Positions 1 through 10,034 of a stretch of DNA of 64,000 nt are shown in pieces. A program made the position numbers and the translations under genes. The notes below the pieces were generated by a model. The model worked only from the letters and a program-made list of their open reading frames with translations, was not told the DNA's origin and ran no database searches. How positions within the stretch are numbered: position 1 is the first letter of the stretch; each line of letters opens with the position of its first letter. Source of the DNA: Candidatus Latescibacterota bacterium (GTDB lineage Bacteria > Latescibacterota > UBA2968); contig OZ241986.1 of assembly GCA_965204375.1 (NCBI GenBank), forward strand, positions 4,896,001 through 4,960,000, written 5' to 3'.

Positions 1-480
1 GGGGTCAACGCTGTTTGCCAGCCCGATGGCGTGCATCACGATCTGCCCGGCGGTGGCGTGCGCGTTGGTCAGGCCGTCACCTTCTTTGGGGAAGTGGGTC
101 AGGACGATATCGGGACGGAGTTCCCGCAGCAACCTTGCCAGGCGCCTCACCGTCTCGTCCTTGACGAGCAGGACCGAATCATCGGCGCCAAAAAAGTATA
201 TCTCTTCTACACCCAGAATCGCACAGGCTGCGCGAACCTCCGCCGTTTTGACGTCAGAGCGTTCCTGCATCAGCTTCAGAAGCTCGGTCCCATCCGGCAC
301 TTCCTCCTGGTGGAACATCGCGTCGCTGATCACGGCATCATGCACCCGTGCGCCGTGGGTCAGCACCGCACACCGCACATCGTCGCCGCGGCTGACGTGA
401 TGGGCCATGGTGCCGCCCGATTGGTCGAAGATATCGGCCGGATGCGCCCCGATGGAGAGCAGCCGTAGTGATTCTGTCAT
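1..480 (-). CDS. PIG-L/LmbE-family deacetylase (3' end outside the window; absent from the ORF track)
   Basis: Manual translation from ATG at 480 gives MTESLRLLSIGAHPADIFDQSGGTMAHHVSRGDDVRCAVLTHG...EVRAACAILGV...LRELRPDIVLTH. It carries an AHPxD motif and the RPDIVLTH motif, and has an ATGA overlap with the upstream aldolase stop. Confidence 0.85.
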   Translation of the reverse strand, partial: MTESLRLLSIGAHPADIFDQSGGTMAHHVSRGDDVRCAVLTHGARVHDAVISDAMFHQEEVPDGTELLKLMQERSDVKTAEVRAACAILGVEEIYFFGADDSVLLVKDETVRRLARLLRELRPDIVLTHFPKEGDGLTNAHATAGQIVMHAIGLANSVDP

Positions 481-1259
481 TCTTCAGTCCTCCCACCTGG
501 ATTGGCGCGCAAGGTTTCGAGGTTGTGGGTCAGGACCTGCGTGCCATAAGCGAGAATATTGCCGACATTCATAAAGCGGTAGCCCCAGCGAAGTTTTTCC
601 TGGATCTCTTCGAGATCCACAAGCGTGGTGCCGGCGACAATGCCGGACCCTTCCAGCCGCCCGGGAACATCCCGCATAATCTCCTGGACTTCCCCGGCGC
701 TGGTTTCGGTGATCTTTCCGACCGATGCGGACAGGTCGAGCGGCCCTACGAGCAGGACGTCAATGCCCGCGACCTGCTTGATTTCGTCGATGTTGTCGTA
801 GGCCTCCTGGCTCTCGACCTGGAGGATCAATACGGTTTCTGCATTTGCGGTTTTGATGACGTGGTTCCAGTCTTCGCCGGCTATGCGGGTCCACATGGGG
901 GAAAGCCCGCGCTGTCCCTCGGGGGGATAACGGGCATATTGCACTGCCTGGGCAGCTTCTTCGGCGGTGTTGACCTGGGGCACCATCACGGCCACGGCGC
1001 CGACATCGTATGCCTTCTTGATCAGCGCCGGGTCGTTCCAGGCCACGCGGATCATCGGCGCCACGCCGTTCTGCCTGGCAAGGACGGGAATGGCGTCCAG
1101 GGATTCGGTGGCAAACGGAGCGTGTTCGGTATCGATCCAGACAAAGTCTGGCCGGGCCTGCACGATGGTTCCAAGGACGAGAGATGAGGGGACCGGTAGA
1201 GAGGTCCCCAGCAGGATTTCGCCGTTTCTGAGTTTCTGTTTGAGTGGATTGGGATACAT
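477..1259 (-). CDS. HpcH/HpaI-family aldolase (2-keto-3-deoxy-sugar acid aldolase-like)
   Basis: Motifs WIDTEH, YPPEGQRG, QVES and GPLDLSAS. Confidence 0.9.
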   Translation of the reverse strand: MYPNPLKQKLRNGEILLGTSLPVPSSLVLGTIVQARPDFVWIDTEHAPFATESLDAIPVLARQNGVAPMIRVAWNDPALIKKAYDVGAVAVMVPQVNTAEEAAQAVQYARYPPEGQRGLSPMWTRIAGEDWNHVIKTANAETVLILQVESQEAYDNIDEIKQVAGIDVLLVGPLDLSASVGKITETSAGEVQEIMRDVPGRLEGSGIVAGTTLVDLEEIQEKLRWGYRFMNVGNILAYGTQVLTHNLETLRANPGGRTEE

Positions 1260-1268
1260 TCGTTCTCC

Positions 1269-2108
1269 TTACTTGCGTTCCCATCGGCTGGGATTGATGC
1301 CAGGCGCGTGCCTGGCCATGTTGGACGGTTTGTTGCCCCCTTCGGGAGTCCAGTGGCGGGTGTTGCGATCTCCGAAAAAGGGCTTCACTGCATCGGACAG
1401 CGCGGCGACGGCCTGCGGATCCCACGCTTCAACTTTCTGGACAGGACCGGCCCAGGCCGGGCGGTAAGCAATAGCCAGCATCGCGCGGGACCAGTCGCCG
1501 ACATTGGGGAAGTTGCCGTGGAAGACCTTGTGGTTGATGAACATCGCAGAACCGGCTTTTGCGGTGACCATGACCTCTTCTGGATGGGACTCAAAGCGCT
1601 GGTAGGGATTGCCGTCTGCGTGCATGGAGAGATGTGACCGGGGAAGTACGCGGAATGGAGAAACTTCCGGGGTCAGGTCGTCCAGATAATACAGCACCCG
1701 GACCATGACCGGTACGCTGCCCAGATAACCAAAGATGCGCGAACCGTAGGGTTGGCCATCCGTATGGAGGCTGATGCCGGGATGCCCTGGCTCTGAGCGG
1801 GCATAGCCGTAGTGCGACAGGATGATGTCCTCCCCCAGGAGTTCTCTCAGAAAGGCGATTGTCGGGGGATGGGCGATGAGGTCGGTGATTTCACCGCCGA
1901 GGAACTGGATATCACTCCGTCCCCGCTGATGGATGCTGTAATCCACCGGGGTGGTTTCCAGGCTATCGGTTATCGCCTTGAGCCGGGTCAGATGCTCGGG
2001 CGTCAATAGATCGGGGATCAGAAGGTAGCCCTCGACCTCAATCTGGCGAATGCGCTCGCCCGAAGTCAGGGCAGACCAGTCGCGGTCATCGATACGTGGA
2101 GCAGACAT
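1269..2108 (-). CDS. Phytanoyl-CoA dioxygenase (PhyH) family Fe(II)/2OG oxygenase
   Basis: HxD motif (LHTDG), YYLDD, PRSH, a distal His (FHGN) and the 2OG-binding Arg. Confidence 0.85.
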   Translation of the reverse strand: MSAPRIDDRDWSALTSGERIRQIEVEGYLLIPDLLTPEHLTRLKAITDSLETTPVDYSIHQRGRSDIQFLGGEITDLIAHPPTIAFLRELLGEDIILSHYGYARSEPGHPGISLHTDGQPYGSRIFGYLGSVPVMVRVLYYLDDLTPEVSPFRVLPRSHLSMHADGNPYQRFESHPEEVMVTAKAGSAMFINHKVFHGNFPNVGDWSRAMLAIAYRPAWAGPVQKVEAWDPQAVAALSDAVKPFFGDRNTRHWTPEGGNKPSNMARHAPGINPSRWERK

Positions 2109-2290
2109 ATTTCCTCCCTTGCAGTTTTCGAGAAAACAATATAAGATCTGTACTGCTTTCTACAAGCGGAATATGTTCCATGTGGTTCATCTCTCTCAGC
2201 CTATTCGCAATTTTTTGGCTTGTTCTTTATCGTATTATGGTATAATTATATATTTCCCAATAAAATTCCTCAACATAAACGGAGCGTCTC

Positions 2291-3379
2291 ATGATAGACA
2301 AAACCCACCTCTTTGAAGGTCGGACAAACGGATACCACATCTACCGCGTACCGGGTATTCTCTGTACGCAAAACAACATCCTCCTCGCCACGGCAGAGGC
2401 CCGACGCGGCAGAGGCGGCGATTGGGACGGCAATGACGTGCTCATGCGGCGCAGCGCGGACAATGGTCAAACCTGGGACTCACCCACCGTCGTCGCCCGT
2501 TACGACACGTATGGCGAAGGCCCCATCAGCAACTTCGTCCTGATCTCCGACCGCAAAGACGGCGCAGTACACGCCCTCTATTGCCACAACTACGCCCGCG
2601 TATTTTACATGCAAAGCAAAGACGACGGCGCCACATGGTCCGACCCCACTGAAATCACAGATATACTCACACCTTTCCGCGAACAATATCCCTGGCGCGT
2701 CATAGCCACTGGACCCGGGCACGGCATTCAACTTCAAAACGGACGTCTCATCGTACCCATCTGGATGTCGGACGGCGGCGGCACGGAATTTGGCCCGGGC
2801 AAACTCGGGCATCGTCCCTCCACGGTCGCGGGTATCTACAGCGACGACCACGCACAAACCTGGCAGCGCAGCGACATTATCGTGCGCACAGAAGGCGAAT
2901 ACATCAATCCCAGCGAAACACTCCCCGTTGAACTCAACAACGGGCGTGTCTTATTTAACATCCGCACGGAATCCAAACGCCATCGCCGCCTCATCACCAT
3001 TAGTCCCGATGGCGCGACCAACTGGTCAGAACTGCAATTCGACGACGCCCTGCTCGAACCCGTGTGCATGGGCAGCATCCTCAAACTTCAAAACGGCAAC
3101 ATCGTCTTTGCCAACCCCGACAACCTCGAACGCGAATTTACCAGACCGGGCCGCGTCTCTTATGACCGCAAACGCCTCACCGTCAAAATGAGCACCGACG
3201 ACTGCCAGACCTGGCCCGTATCCAAAATCCTCGAACCGGGGCCCTCGAGTTATTCCGACCTCGCCCAAACAGCCGACGGCACAATATGCTGCATCTACGA
3301 AAACCAGATCTTCACGCGACAAAACGACACGCGATACGTCACCGTCGCCCGCTTTGACCTCGAATGGCTGGAACAATAA
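2291..3379 (+). CDS. Sialidase/neuraminidase (GH33-like, BNR Asp-box repeats), no signal peptide
   Basis: YRVP (FRIP-like) motif, five Asp boxes (SADNGQTW, SKDDGATW, SDDHAQTW, SPDGATNW, STDDCQTW) and a C-terminal SYSDL...YE. Confidence 0.9.
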   Translation: MIDKTHLFEGRTNGYHIYRVPGILCTQNNILLATAEARRGRGGDWDGNDVLMRRSADNGQTWDSPTVVARYDTYGEGPISNFVLISDRKDGAVHALYCHNYARVFYMQSKDDGATWSDPTEITDILTPFREQYPWRVIATGPGHGIQLQNGRLIVPIWMSDGGGTEFGPGKLGHRPSTVAGIYSDDHAQTWQRSDIIVRTEGEYINPSETLPVELNNGRVLFNIRTESKRHRRLITISPDGATNWSELQFDDALLEPVCMGSILKLQNGNIVFANPDNLEREFTRPGRVSYDRKRLTVKMSTDDCQTWPVSKILEPGPSSYSDLAQTADGTICCIYENQIFTRQNDTRYVTVARFDLEWLEQ

Positions 3380-3400
3380 AGCCAAAAAAGAAAGGGAAAA

Positions 3401-5020
3401 ATGAACACCTACGAACACCGTGAAATGATTCCCATAGGAGAAGACGAAACCCCCTACCAGTTGCTCACAACCGATTATATTTCAACGGGGCAATTTGAAG
3501 GCCAGGAAATCCTCAAAGTCGAACCCGAGGGCCTGACCATGCTGGCGGACCGCGCCATTCGAGACAGCGCGCACCTGCTCCGCCCCGCACACTTAAAACA
3601 ACTGACAAAAATACTCGACGACCCCGAAGCCTCGGACAACGACCGCTTTGTCGCCATTGAAATGCTCAAAAATGCCAACATTGCCGCAGGCGGCGTGCTC
3701 CCCATGTGTCAGGACACGGGCACGGCCATTATCATGGGCAAAAAGGGCAATCGCGTGTGGACCGACGGCAGCGACGAAGCCGCCCTCGCGCACGGCATAA
3801 CCAGAGCCTTTTTGGAAACGAACCTGCGCTACAGCCAACTGGCGCCACTCGACATGTTCCAGGAGGCAAATACAAAAACCAACCTGCCTGCCCAAATCGA
3901 AATCTATGCCGAGGAAGGGGATACGTACAAATTCATGTTCATGGCCAAAGGCGGCGGATCCGCCAACAAAAGTCTGCTCTATCAAGAAACCCGAGCACTG
4001 CTCAATCCCGAACGCCTGCGCGACTTTATCGACCAGCGCCTGCGCGAACTCGGCACAGCCGCCTGCCCGCCCTATCACCTCGCCCTCGTCATTGGCGGCA
4101 CATCTGCAGAATACACTCTCAAAACCGCCAAACTCGCGAGTGCCAAATATCTCGACACCCTGCCCACGCAGGGCAATGAATACGGCCAGGCATTCCGCGA
4201 TCTCGAAATGGAAAAACAAGTATTGGAAATGAGCCACGAACTCGGCATTGGCGCGCAATTTGGCGGCAAATACTTCTGCCACGATGTGCGCGTTATTCGC
4301 CTGCCTCGCCACGGCGCATCCTGCCCCGTCGGCATTGCCGTATCCTGCTCTGCTGACCGGCAAATTTTAGGAAAAATAACGCGCGAAGGCATCTTCCTCG
4401 AAGAATTGGAAAGCGACCCGGCAAAATATCTCCCCGAAGTCGATGAAGAAGCCCTCAGCGGCGACGTTGTAAAAATTGACCTCAACCAGCCCATGGACAA
4501 AGTGCGCGAAACCCTCAGCAAATATCCGGTCAGTACGCGCCTATCCCTCTCCGGACCCATGATCGTCGCACGCGATATTGCCCACGCCAAACTCCAGGAG
4601 CGCATAGACAGCGGCGAAGGACTTCCGCAATACTTCAAAGACCTGTGCGTCTATTACGCGGGACCGGCCAAAACACCCGAAGGATATGCTTCCGGTTCAT
4701 TTGGTCCCACAACCGCGGGGCGCATGGACAGCTACGTCGATTCATTCCAATCAGAAGGCGGCAGCATGATCATGCTCGCCAAAGGCAATCGCTCGCGAGA
4801 GGTGACAGAAGCGTGCAAAAAACACGGCGGATTTTACCTCGGCTCCATCGGCGGCCCCGCCGCCCGCCTCGCCAAAGACGCCATACGCAAAGTCGAGTGC
4901 CAGGAATATCCCGAACTCGGCATGGAAGCGATATGGCGCATCGAAGTCGAAAACTTTCCCGCATTCATCGTCGTTGACGACAAAGGCAACGACTTTTTCT
5001 CGGGCTTTATGCGTCCATAG
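3401..5020 (+). CDS. fumA: Class I (Fe-S) fumarate hydratase, fused single chain
   Basis: Motifs [25 protein letters not shown] and GPTTAGRMD. Confidence 0.95.
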   Translation: MNTYEHREMIPIGEDETPYQLLTTDYISTGQFEGQEILKVEPEGLTMLADRAIRDSAHLLRPAHLKQLTKILDDPEASDNDRFVAIEMLKNANIAAGGVLPMCQDTGTAIIMGKKGNRVWTDGSDEAALAHGITRAFLETNLRYSQLAPLDMFQEANTKTNLPAQIEIYAEEGDTYKFMFMAKGGGSANKSLLYQETRALLNPERLRDFIDQRLRELGTAACPPYHLALVIGGTSAEYTLKTAKLASAKYLDTLPTQGNEYGQAFRDLEMEKQVLEMSHELGIGAQFGGKYFCHDVRVIRLPRHGASCPVGIAVSCSADRQILGKITREGIFLEELESDPAKYLPEVDEEALSGDVVKIDLNQPMDKVRETLSKYPVSTRLSLSGPMIVARDIAHAKLQERIDSGEGLPQYFKDLCVYYAGPAKTPEGYASGSFGPTTAGRMDSYVDSFQSEGGSMIMLAKGNRSREVTEACKKHGGFYLGSIGGPAARLAKDAIRKVECQEYPELGMEAIWRIEVENFPAFIVVDDKGNDFFSGFMRP

Positions 5021-5031
5021 AGGAGCAAAAC

Positions 5032-5423
5032 ATGCGATACGCAAACATCTGCGGCGTCAGTGTCTCGGGTCTCTGTATTGGCGGCAACCCGTTCAGCGGG
5101 TTTTCGCACCAGACCAGAGAACGCAGCAAAGAAATGACCGATTATTACACCCCCAGCCGCATCAAAGACACCTGGCGACAGGCAGAAGAACTCGGCATCA
5201 ACACCTTCTTTGGGCGCACCGACGACCACATCATGGGACTTCTCGAAGAATACTGGGATGAAGGCGGCAGCATCCAGTGGTTCGCGCAGGTATGCATCGA
5301 ACGCGGCAAACCCGATGCCTGGCGCAAATGGCTCAGTGCATCCATAAAGACAACCCCGACATGATGAAAGAAGATATCGCACTCTTTGAGGAATATGTTG
5401 ATCATGTAGCCGTGACTGCATAA
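5032..5423 (+). pseudogene. Aldo/keto-reductase-like gene with an internal deletion and frameshift
   Basis: The N-terminus MRYANICGVSVSGLCIGGNPFSGFSH has a good RBS (gaggag) and stops at 5364. Another frame from about 5345 reads KDNPDMMKEDIALFEEYVDHVAVTA*, which looks like a native C-terminus. Confidence 0.6.
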
Positions 5424-5515
5424 AAAAGCTCTGGGTGATACCGATCATAGGAATAATTGTCTATATTTTCATATAAACACAATAAAGGGAACCCACACAC
5501 GAAGGGAGAAACGCT

Positions 5516-5743
5516 ATGCAGATGCCGAACCTCGAAACCCGCGTTGCTTCTCTTGAGGCTGTTCAGGCGCAAATCAATGAGCGTTTGGGCAGCATCGAAA
5601 ACCGGTTGACCAGCCTTGAAACGCGCATGGACAACCGCTTGACCAGTATCGAAAATCGACAAGCCAGCAATTTCAGGTGGCTTGTTGGCATCCAACTTAC
5701 CACGCTTATCACGCTCGGCACGCTCATTCTGTTCAAACTCTGA
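5516..5743 (+). CDS. Small coiled-coil protein with C-terminal TM helix (XhlA/DUF1640-like); paralog of 39934-40143
   Basis: Heptad-rich N-terminal part, hydrophobic WLVGIQLTTLITLGTLILFKL tail and RBS gggag. Confidence 0.75.
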   Translation: MQMPNLETRVASLEAVQAQINERLGSIENRLTSLETRMDNRLTSIENRQASNFRWLVGIQLTTLITLGTLILFKL

Positions 5744-5765
5744 TAACGCAAAAGGGCGTCAAGCC

Positions 5766-5810
5766 ATGGTGTGTGATATATGTAGAAAATCGGGAGTGCG
5801 TCAGCGAGTG
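5766..5810 (+). pseudogene. N-terminal stump of a YgiT/MqsA-type zinc-finger antitoxin
   Basis: Reads MVCDICRKSGVRQRV (CxxC start typical of YgiT-type zinc fingers) and then diverges. Confidence 0.45.
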
Positions 5811-5901
5811 ATAGGATTGCCCAAGAAAGTGACGGAAAAGGGCAATCCTGTTGACGTTATATCCTGGCGTTGGACAAATGGAAAGGCGAGATATTTTTAG
5901 T

Positions 5902-6693
5902 ATGAACTGGCTTGCTGAACAAGAAGATAAATATTATACCTGGCTCAGGTCGAAAACTTATATTCCTGCGGAAAAGGAAGGCGATTGGAGTCTTATTTCT
6001 ACTCCCTTTACTGGCCTGTTCAACGACACACTGGAAATATACGCCAAGAAGGAGGGGAATAAAATCATGCTCTCCGATGACGGTAAGACACTCCACGATT
6101 TGGAATTGATGGGCGTATCTTTCTCGCGCTCGTCATCTCGAAAAGAACTTCTGAACAGAGTCCTGACCAGTTATGGCGTAAGCAATAAGAGCAACGAACT
6201 TGTAACACAAGCCAACAGAGAATCCGATTTTCCTCAGAGAAAGCATGATTTGCTTCAAGCGATGTTGGAAGTCAGCAACTTCTACGTACTTGCCAAGCCC
6301 ACGGTTGTCAATATTTTTAAAGATGATGTGCGGGGGTATCTGGATGAGCAAATGATAGTCTATACACCTGAATTTATTTCCAGAGGGTCTGTGGGTATTG
6401 AATTCAGCTTCGACTTTCAGGTGGCGTACCGGGAAAAGGAAATTGTGCTAAAGTGCTTCAACAGTATCAACAGGGCTTCTTTATCCAGTTTTCTGTTCAT
6501 GTGGAAAGATATTTTAGAATATAGAAAGAAGTTGACAGGCAAACAGGTCTCGGGACTTGCGGTTATCAACGACCAGGACAGGAACATCAACCAGGATTAT
6601 ATAGACGCGCTGGAGACGGGAGGAGCAAATTATATAAGATGGCAAGAAAGACATGAACCCGAAAACATCGCAAAATTACAAGAAGCCGCGTAA
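5902..6693 (+). CDS. DUF1828/DUF1829-domain protein (PD-(D/E)xK-like C-terminus), AT-rich foreign gene
   Basis: Motifs ISTPF...NDTLEIY, LSDDGKT and GSVGIEFSFDF. The codon usage differs from the flanking genes. Confidence 0.75.
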   Translation: MNWLAEQEDKYYTWLRSKTYIPAEKEGDWSLISTPFTGLFNDTLEIYAKKEGNKIMLSDDGKTLHDLELMGVSFSRSSSRKELLNRVLTSYGVSNKSNELVTQANRESDFPQRKHDLLQAMLEVSNFYVLAKPTVVNIFKDDVRGYLDEQMIVYTPEFISRGSVGIEFSFDFQVAYREKEIVLKCFNSINRASLSSFLFMWKDILEYRKKLTGKQVSGLAVINDQDRNINQDYIDALETGGANYIRWQERHEPENIAKLQEAA

Positions 6694-6706
6694 AAAGCAG
6701 ACATCC

Positions 6707-7621
6707 ATGAACTTCCCTACCCTCACACACGCCCAGCGCATTGACAGATTAGCACCGCCATCTGGAAAAGTGCGCGTGGTGCTCGACACGGATACATATA
6801 ACGAAGTTGATGACCAATTCGCCGTGGCGCACGCGCTCTTATCCCCCGAAAAAATCTCAGTCGAAGCCATCTATGCCGCGCCCTTTCACAACCAGCGCGC
6901 CAGCGGACCGGGCGACGGCATGGAACGAAGCTACGACGAAATCATCCGTCTCCTCAACCGCCTCAACATCCCCAACGACAACCTCGTATTTCGCGGCTCC
7001 ACAAACTATCTCACAGCACCAGACACACCGCAAGACAACGACGCCGTGCGCGACCTCATCGACAAAGCTCTGGCATCTGATGACCCGCTCTATGTCACAG
7101 CCATCGGCGCCATCACCAACGTAGCCTCCGCCATCCTCCTCGAACCCGAAATCATCAAACGCATCGTCGTCGTCTGGCTCGGTGGGCACGAACACAGTTG
7201 GGCTAACACCCTCGAATTTAACCTGCGACAAGACGTCTTCGCCGCGCGCATCATCTTCGACAGCGGCGTACCCTTCGTCCAGATCCCCTGCCGCAATGTC
7301 GCCTCTCACCTCCTCACCACACTGCCCGAACTCGAAACCCATGTCGCGGGCAAAAGTGCCATAGGCGACTTCCTCACCGAAACCGTTCGCGGCTATCACA
7401 AAGACCACTATGCCTGGGCAAAAGAAATCTGGGACCTCTCGGCCACCGCTTATCTCGTCAACCCGAACTGGGTCACAACCCAACTGGTACACAGCCCCAT
7501 ACTCACCGATCAAATAACCTGGAGCTATGATCCCAGTCGGCATTTTATGCGCGTAGCCACGCAACTCAACCGCAACGCCATCTTCGCCGATGTATTCAAA
7601 AAATTGGAAAAAGCCGATTAG
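6707..7621 (+). CDS. Inosine/uridine-preferring nucleoside hydrolase family protein
   Basis: Motifs DTDTYNEVDDQFA, GAITN, WLGG, EFN and IWD. Confidence 0.9.
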   Translation: MNFPTLTHAQRIDRLAPPSGKVRVVLDTDTYNEVDDQFAVAHALLSPEKISVEAIYAAPFHNQRASGPGDGMERSYDEIIRLLNRLNIPNDNLVFRGSTNYLTAPDTPQDNDAVRDLIDKALASDDPLYVTAIGAITNVASAILLEPEIIKRIVVVWLGGHEHSWANTLEFNLRQDVFAARIIFDSGVPFVQIPCRNVASHLLTTLPELETHVAGKSAIGDFLTETVRGYHKDHYAWAKEIWDLSATAYLVNPNWVTTQLVHSPILTDQITWSYDPSRHFMRVATQLNRNAIFADVFKKLEKAD

Positions 7622-7655
7622 ACAGTCACACACAACCCAACACAAGGAGTTTTAC

Positions 7656-8405
7656 ATGAGTGCAGCACTGGATTACGGAGTCCAAAGTTTTTGCTTTCGC
7701 TACTTCAAAGACAACGCCGACGTCGCCCAAAAAGTAAAAGACATCGGCCTCGACAAAATCGAAGTCTGTCAGGCCCACGCCGACTTCAAAAATCCCGACG
7801 CCTGGAAAGACATCGTCAAAACCTACAACGACGCGGGGGTATCCGTCATCTCCATCGGCGTGCAAACCTTCACGGGTGACCCCGCTGAAAAATCTTATTT
7901 TGAATGCGCCGCCATTGCCGGCGCCAAACACATCTCCTGCCATTTCCAGCTCGAATCCTATCCCAAAGCCATCACACAGGTACGCGCCTGGAGCCGGGCA
8001 TACGGCATACGCGTGGGCATTCACTGTCACGGCGGATATCACTTTGGAGGTCAACCCGGCGTCCTCAAACACCTCATCGGCCTCGGCGCGCCCGAAATAG
8101 GCCTGTGCATCGACACAGCCTGGGCCTTGCAAATTGGTCCCCGTCAGGGCAACCCCGTCAAATGGACAGAAGACTTCGCTGGACAAATCTACGGCATCCA
8201 CTATAAAGACTTTGTCTTTGACCCCAACGGACAATGGCACGACACCGTCGTCGGAGAAGGCACGCTCGACCTCCCGGCCTTTGTCGCGGGCCTCGAAAAA
8301 AGCGGCTTTGACGGTATGGCCGTCATCGAATACGAAGCCGACGTCGAAAACCCTGTACCCGCTTTAACCCGATGTGTCGAAACCATGCGCGCATTGGCCG
8401 GGTAA
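7656..8405 (+). CDS. Sugar phosphate isomerase/epimerase (xylose-isomerase-like TIM barrel)
   Basis: Motifs HCHG, IDTAW, HYKD, VGEG and IEYE, with RBS aaggag. Confidence 0.85.
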   Translation: MSAALDYGVQSFCFRYFKDNADVAQKVKDIGLDKIEVCQAHADFKNPDAWKDIVKTYNDAGVSVISIGVQTFTGDPAEKSYFECAAIAGAKHISCHFQLESYPKAITQVRAWSRAYGIRVGIHCHGGYHFGGQPGVLKHLIGLGAPEIGLCIDTAWALQIGPRQGNPVKWTEDFAGQIYGIHYKDFVFDPNGQWHDTVVGEGTLDLPAFVAGLEKSGFDGMAVIEYEADVENPVPALTRCVETMRALAG

Positions 8406-8423
8406 TCGCGTCAATCTATCAAC

Positions 8424-8457
8424 AAAAAAGAGCGAGTCCTTTTCGACTCGCTCTTTT
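8424..8457. terminator. Bidirectional intrinsic terminator between convergent genes
   Basis: The inverted repeat aaaagagcgagtc / gactcgctctttt has A- and T-tracts on its flanks. Confidence 0.85.
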
Positions 8458-8486
8458 CATTACAGCGTCTTCATCAAGACAGACAC

Positions 8487-10034
8487 TCATTTTGAGCTGA
8501 TCACGTCTTTTCTTTCCCATTCCTCACTCTTAAACGGCTCCATTATCTCACCGGGTATTTCTATCTTCTCCACCGCGGGCTTCAATGCGCCAACAAGCAC
8601 AATAACCCCTCTATCCTCAAGAGCTGGAATATGCGTTCTGTACGACATGGCGCTCAACGGATTACGCTCCACATCAACCAAATCTCCAGTACCCAATCCC
8701 GTATTTGCCACAAGAGGCGAAAGATCTGAGATACTGTTGATAAAAAGAATCAGCCTATTCAGACGGGTCAATCTCGATAGGGGGGTGATATCCGTGATCC
8801 GGTTGCGATCAAGAGTCAGATCTGTCAGATTGGTCAAGCCCGATAGAGGTGTGAGGTTCGAGATACTGTTGATGGAAAGATACAATGTTGTCAGATTGGC
8901 CAAACTCGATAAGGGCGTGACGTTCGAGATCCTGTTGTCGGAAAGAGACAGCAATCTCAGACTGGTCAAACTCGATAGAGGCGTGAGGTCCGAGATACTG
9001 TTGGTAAAAAGAATCAGCCTATTCAAACGGGTCAGGCTCGATAGGGGCGTGATATCCGTGATGTCGTTGATGGAAAGATACAATGTTGTCAGATTGGCCA
9101 AACTCGATAGGGGCGTGAGGTCCGAGATGATGTTGCTGGAAAGAGACAGCGATCTCAGACTGGTCAAATCCGATAGAGGCGTGAGGTCCGAGATGATGTT
9201 GCTGGAAAGAGACAGACTTGTCAGATTGGTCAAGCCCGATAGAGGTGTGACGTCCATGATACCGTTACCGAAAAGAGTCAGATGCCTCAGGTTGATCAAG
9301 CCCGATAGAGGCGAAAGATCCGAGATGCTGTTGCCGGAAAGAGTCAGACTTGTCAGGCTGGCCAAACCCGATAGGGGCGTGACGTCCGTGATGCTGTTGC
9401 CGGAAAGATTCAGCCTTTCCAGACTGGTCAAACCCGATAGGGGGGTGATATCCGAAATGTCGTTGTCGTCAAGATACAGATAAGTCAGGTCGGTCAAACC
9501 CGATAGGGGCGTAAGATCCGAGATGCTGTTGCTGTTGACAGATTGCCCTTCTACTCTCTCATCACCAAAATCTAGAAATGTCAAACGGGGGGCAAACTCA
9601 AGCCCGGTCAAATCCCTGATATTCGCATTCCGTGCCTCAATACGCATCAAGCGCACCATCTTACTTCTGGCAATCGGCTCACCGCTCGACTGGCCGAGAA
9701 TATCCTCGACAATAGCACGCAAATTCGCATCTGGAATGACAATTAGTGCCGCCTCATCGCCGCTCTTGTCAAAATTGCTGCTAAAAATCAGAAAATCGGA
9801 AAATCCAATTTCGCCATCCCTATTCAGATCGTATCTGGCATCATAACGCCCATCCCCCTGACGTGAACCAAACTGACTTACAAACGCCAAAAAGTCAGGG
9901 AAATCAACCTGACCATCCCCATCAAAGTCCGGGGTAAGAGCTTGATCGCCCACCGTACTATTCTGCGCCGAAAGAGACAGCGGATACATCAAAAGCGCGA
10001 ATGTTGATAGAATGAACAAAATCTGTTTACGCAT
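8487..10034 (-). CDS. Secreted internalin-like leucine-rich-repeat protein with N-terminal paired EF-hand (dockerin-like) domain
   Basis: Signal peptide, DFDGDGQVDFPDFL...YDLNRDGEIGFSDFL, IPDANLR cap, 22-aa LRRs (LxxLxLxxNxIxDLTPLSxL) and C-terminal cap NPLS...DRG...KPAVEK. Confidence 0.9.
   Translation of the reverse strand: MRKQILFILSTFALLMYPLSLSAQNSTVGDQALTPDFDGDGQVDFPDFLAFVSQFGSRQGDGRYDARYDLNRDGEIGFSDFLIFSSNFDKSGDEAALIVIPDANLRAIVEDILGQSSGEPIARSKMVRLMRIEARNANIRDLTGLEFAPRLTFLDFGDERVEGQSVNSNSISDLTPLSGLTDLTYLYLDDNDISDITPLSGLTSLERLNLSGNSITDVTPLSGLASLTSLTLSGNSISDLSPLSGLINLRHLTLFGNGIMDVTPLSGLTNLTSLSLSSNIISDLTPLSDLTSLRSLSLSSNIISDLTPLSSLANLTTLYLSINDITDITPLSSLTRLNRLILFTNSISDLTPLSSLTSLRLLSLSDNRISNVTPLSSLANLTTLYLSINSISNLTPLSGLTNLTDLTLDRNRITDITPLSRLTRLNRLILFINSISDLSPLVANTGLGTGDLVDVERNPLSAMSYRTHIPALEDRGVIVLVGALKPAVEKIEIPGEIMEPFKSEEWERKDVISSK

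Noticed and set aside
26-1467. Overlapping plus-strand ORFs at the window start and similar shadow ORFs throughout
   Set aside because: They lie antisense or out of frame to well-supported genes and carry no recognisable motifs.
5362-5367. TGA TGA at the end of the 5032 ORF as possible selenocysteine read-through
   Set aside because: There are tandem stops with no SECIS-like hairpin, and the plausible C-terminus is in another frame, so a deletion explains it better.
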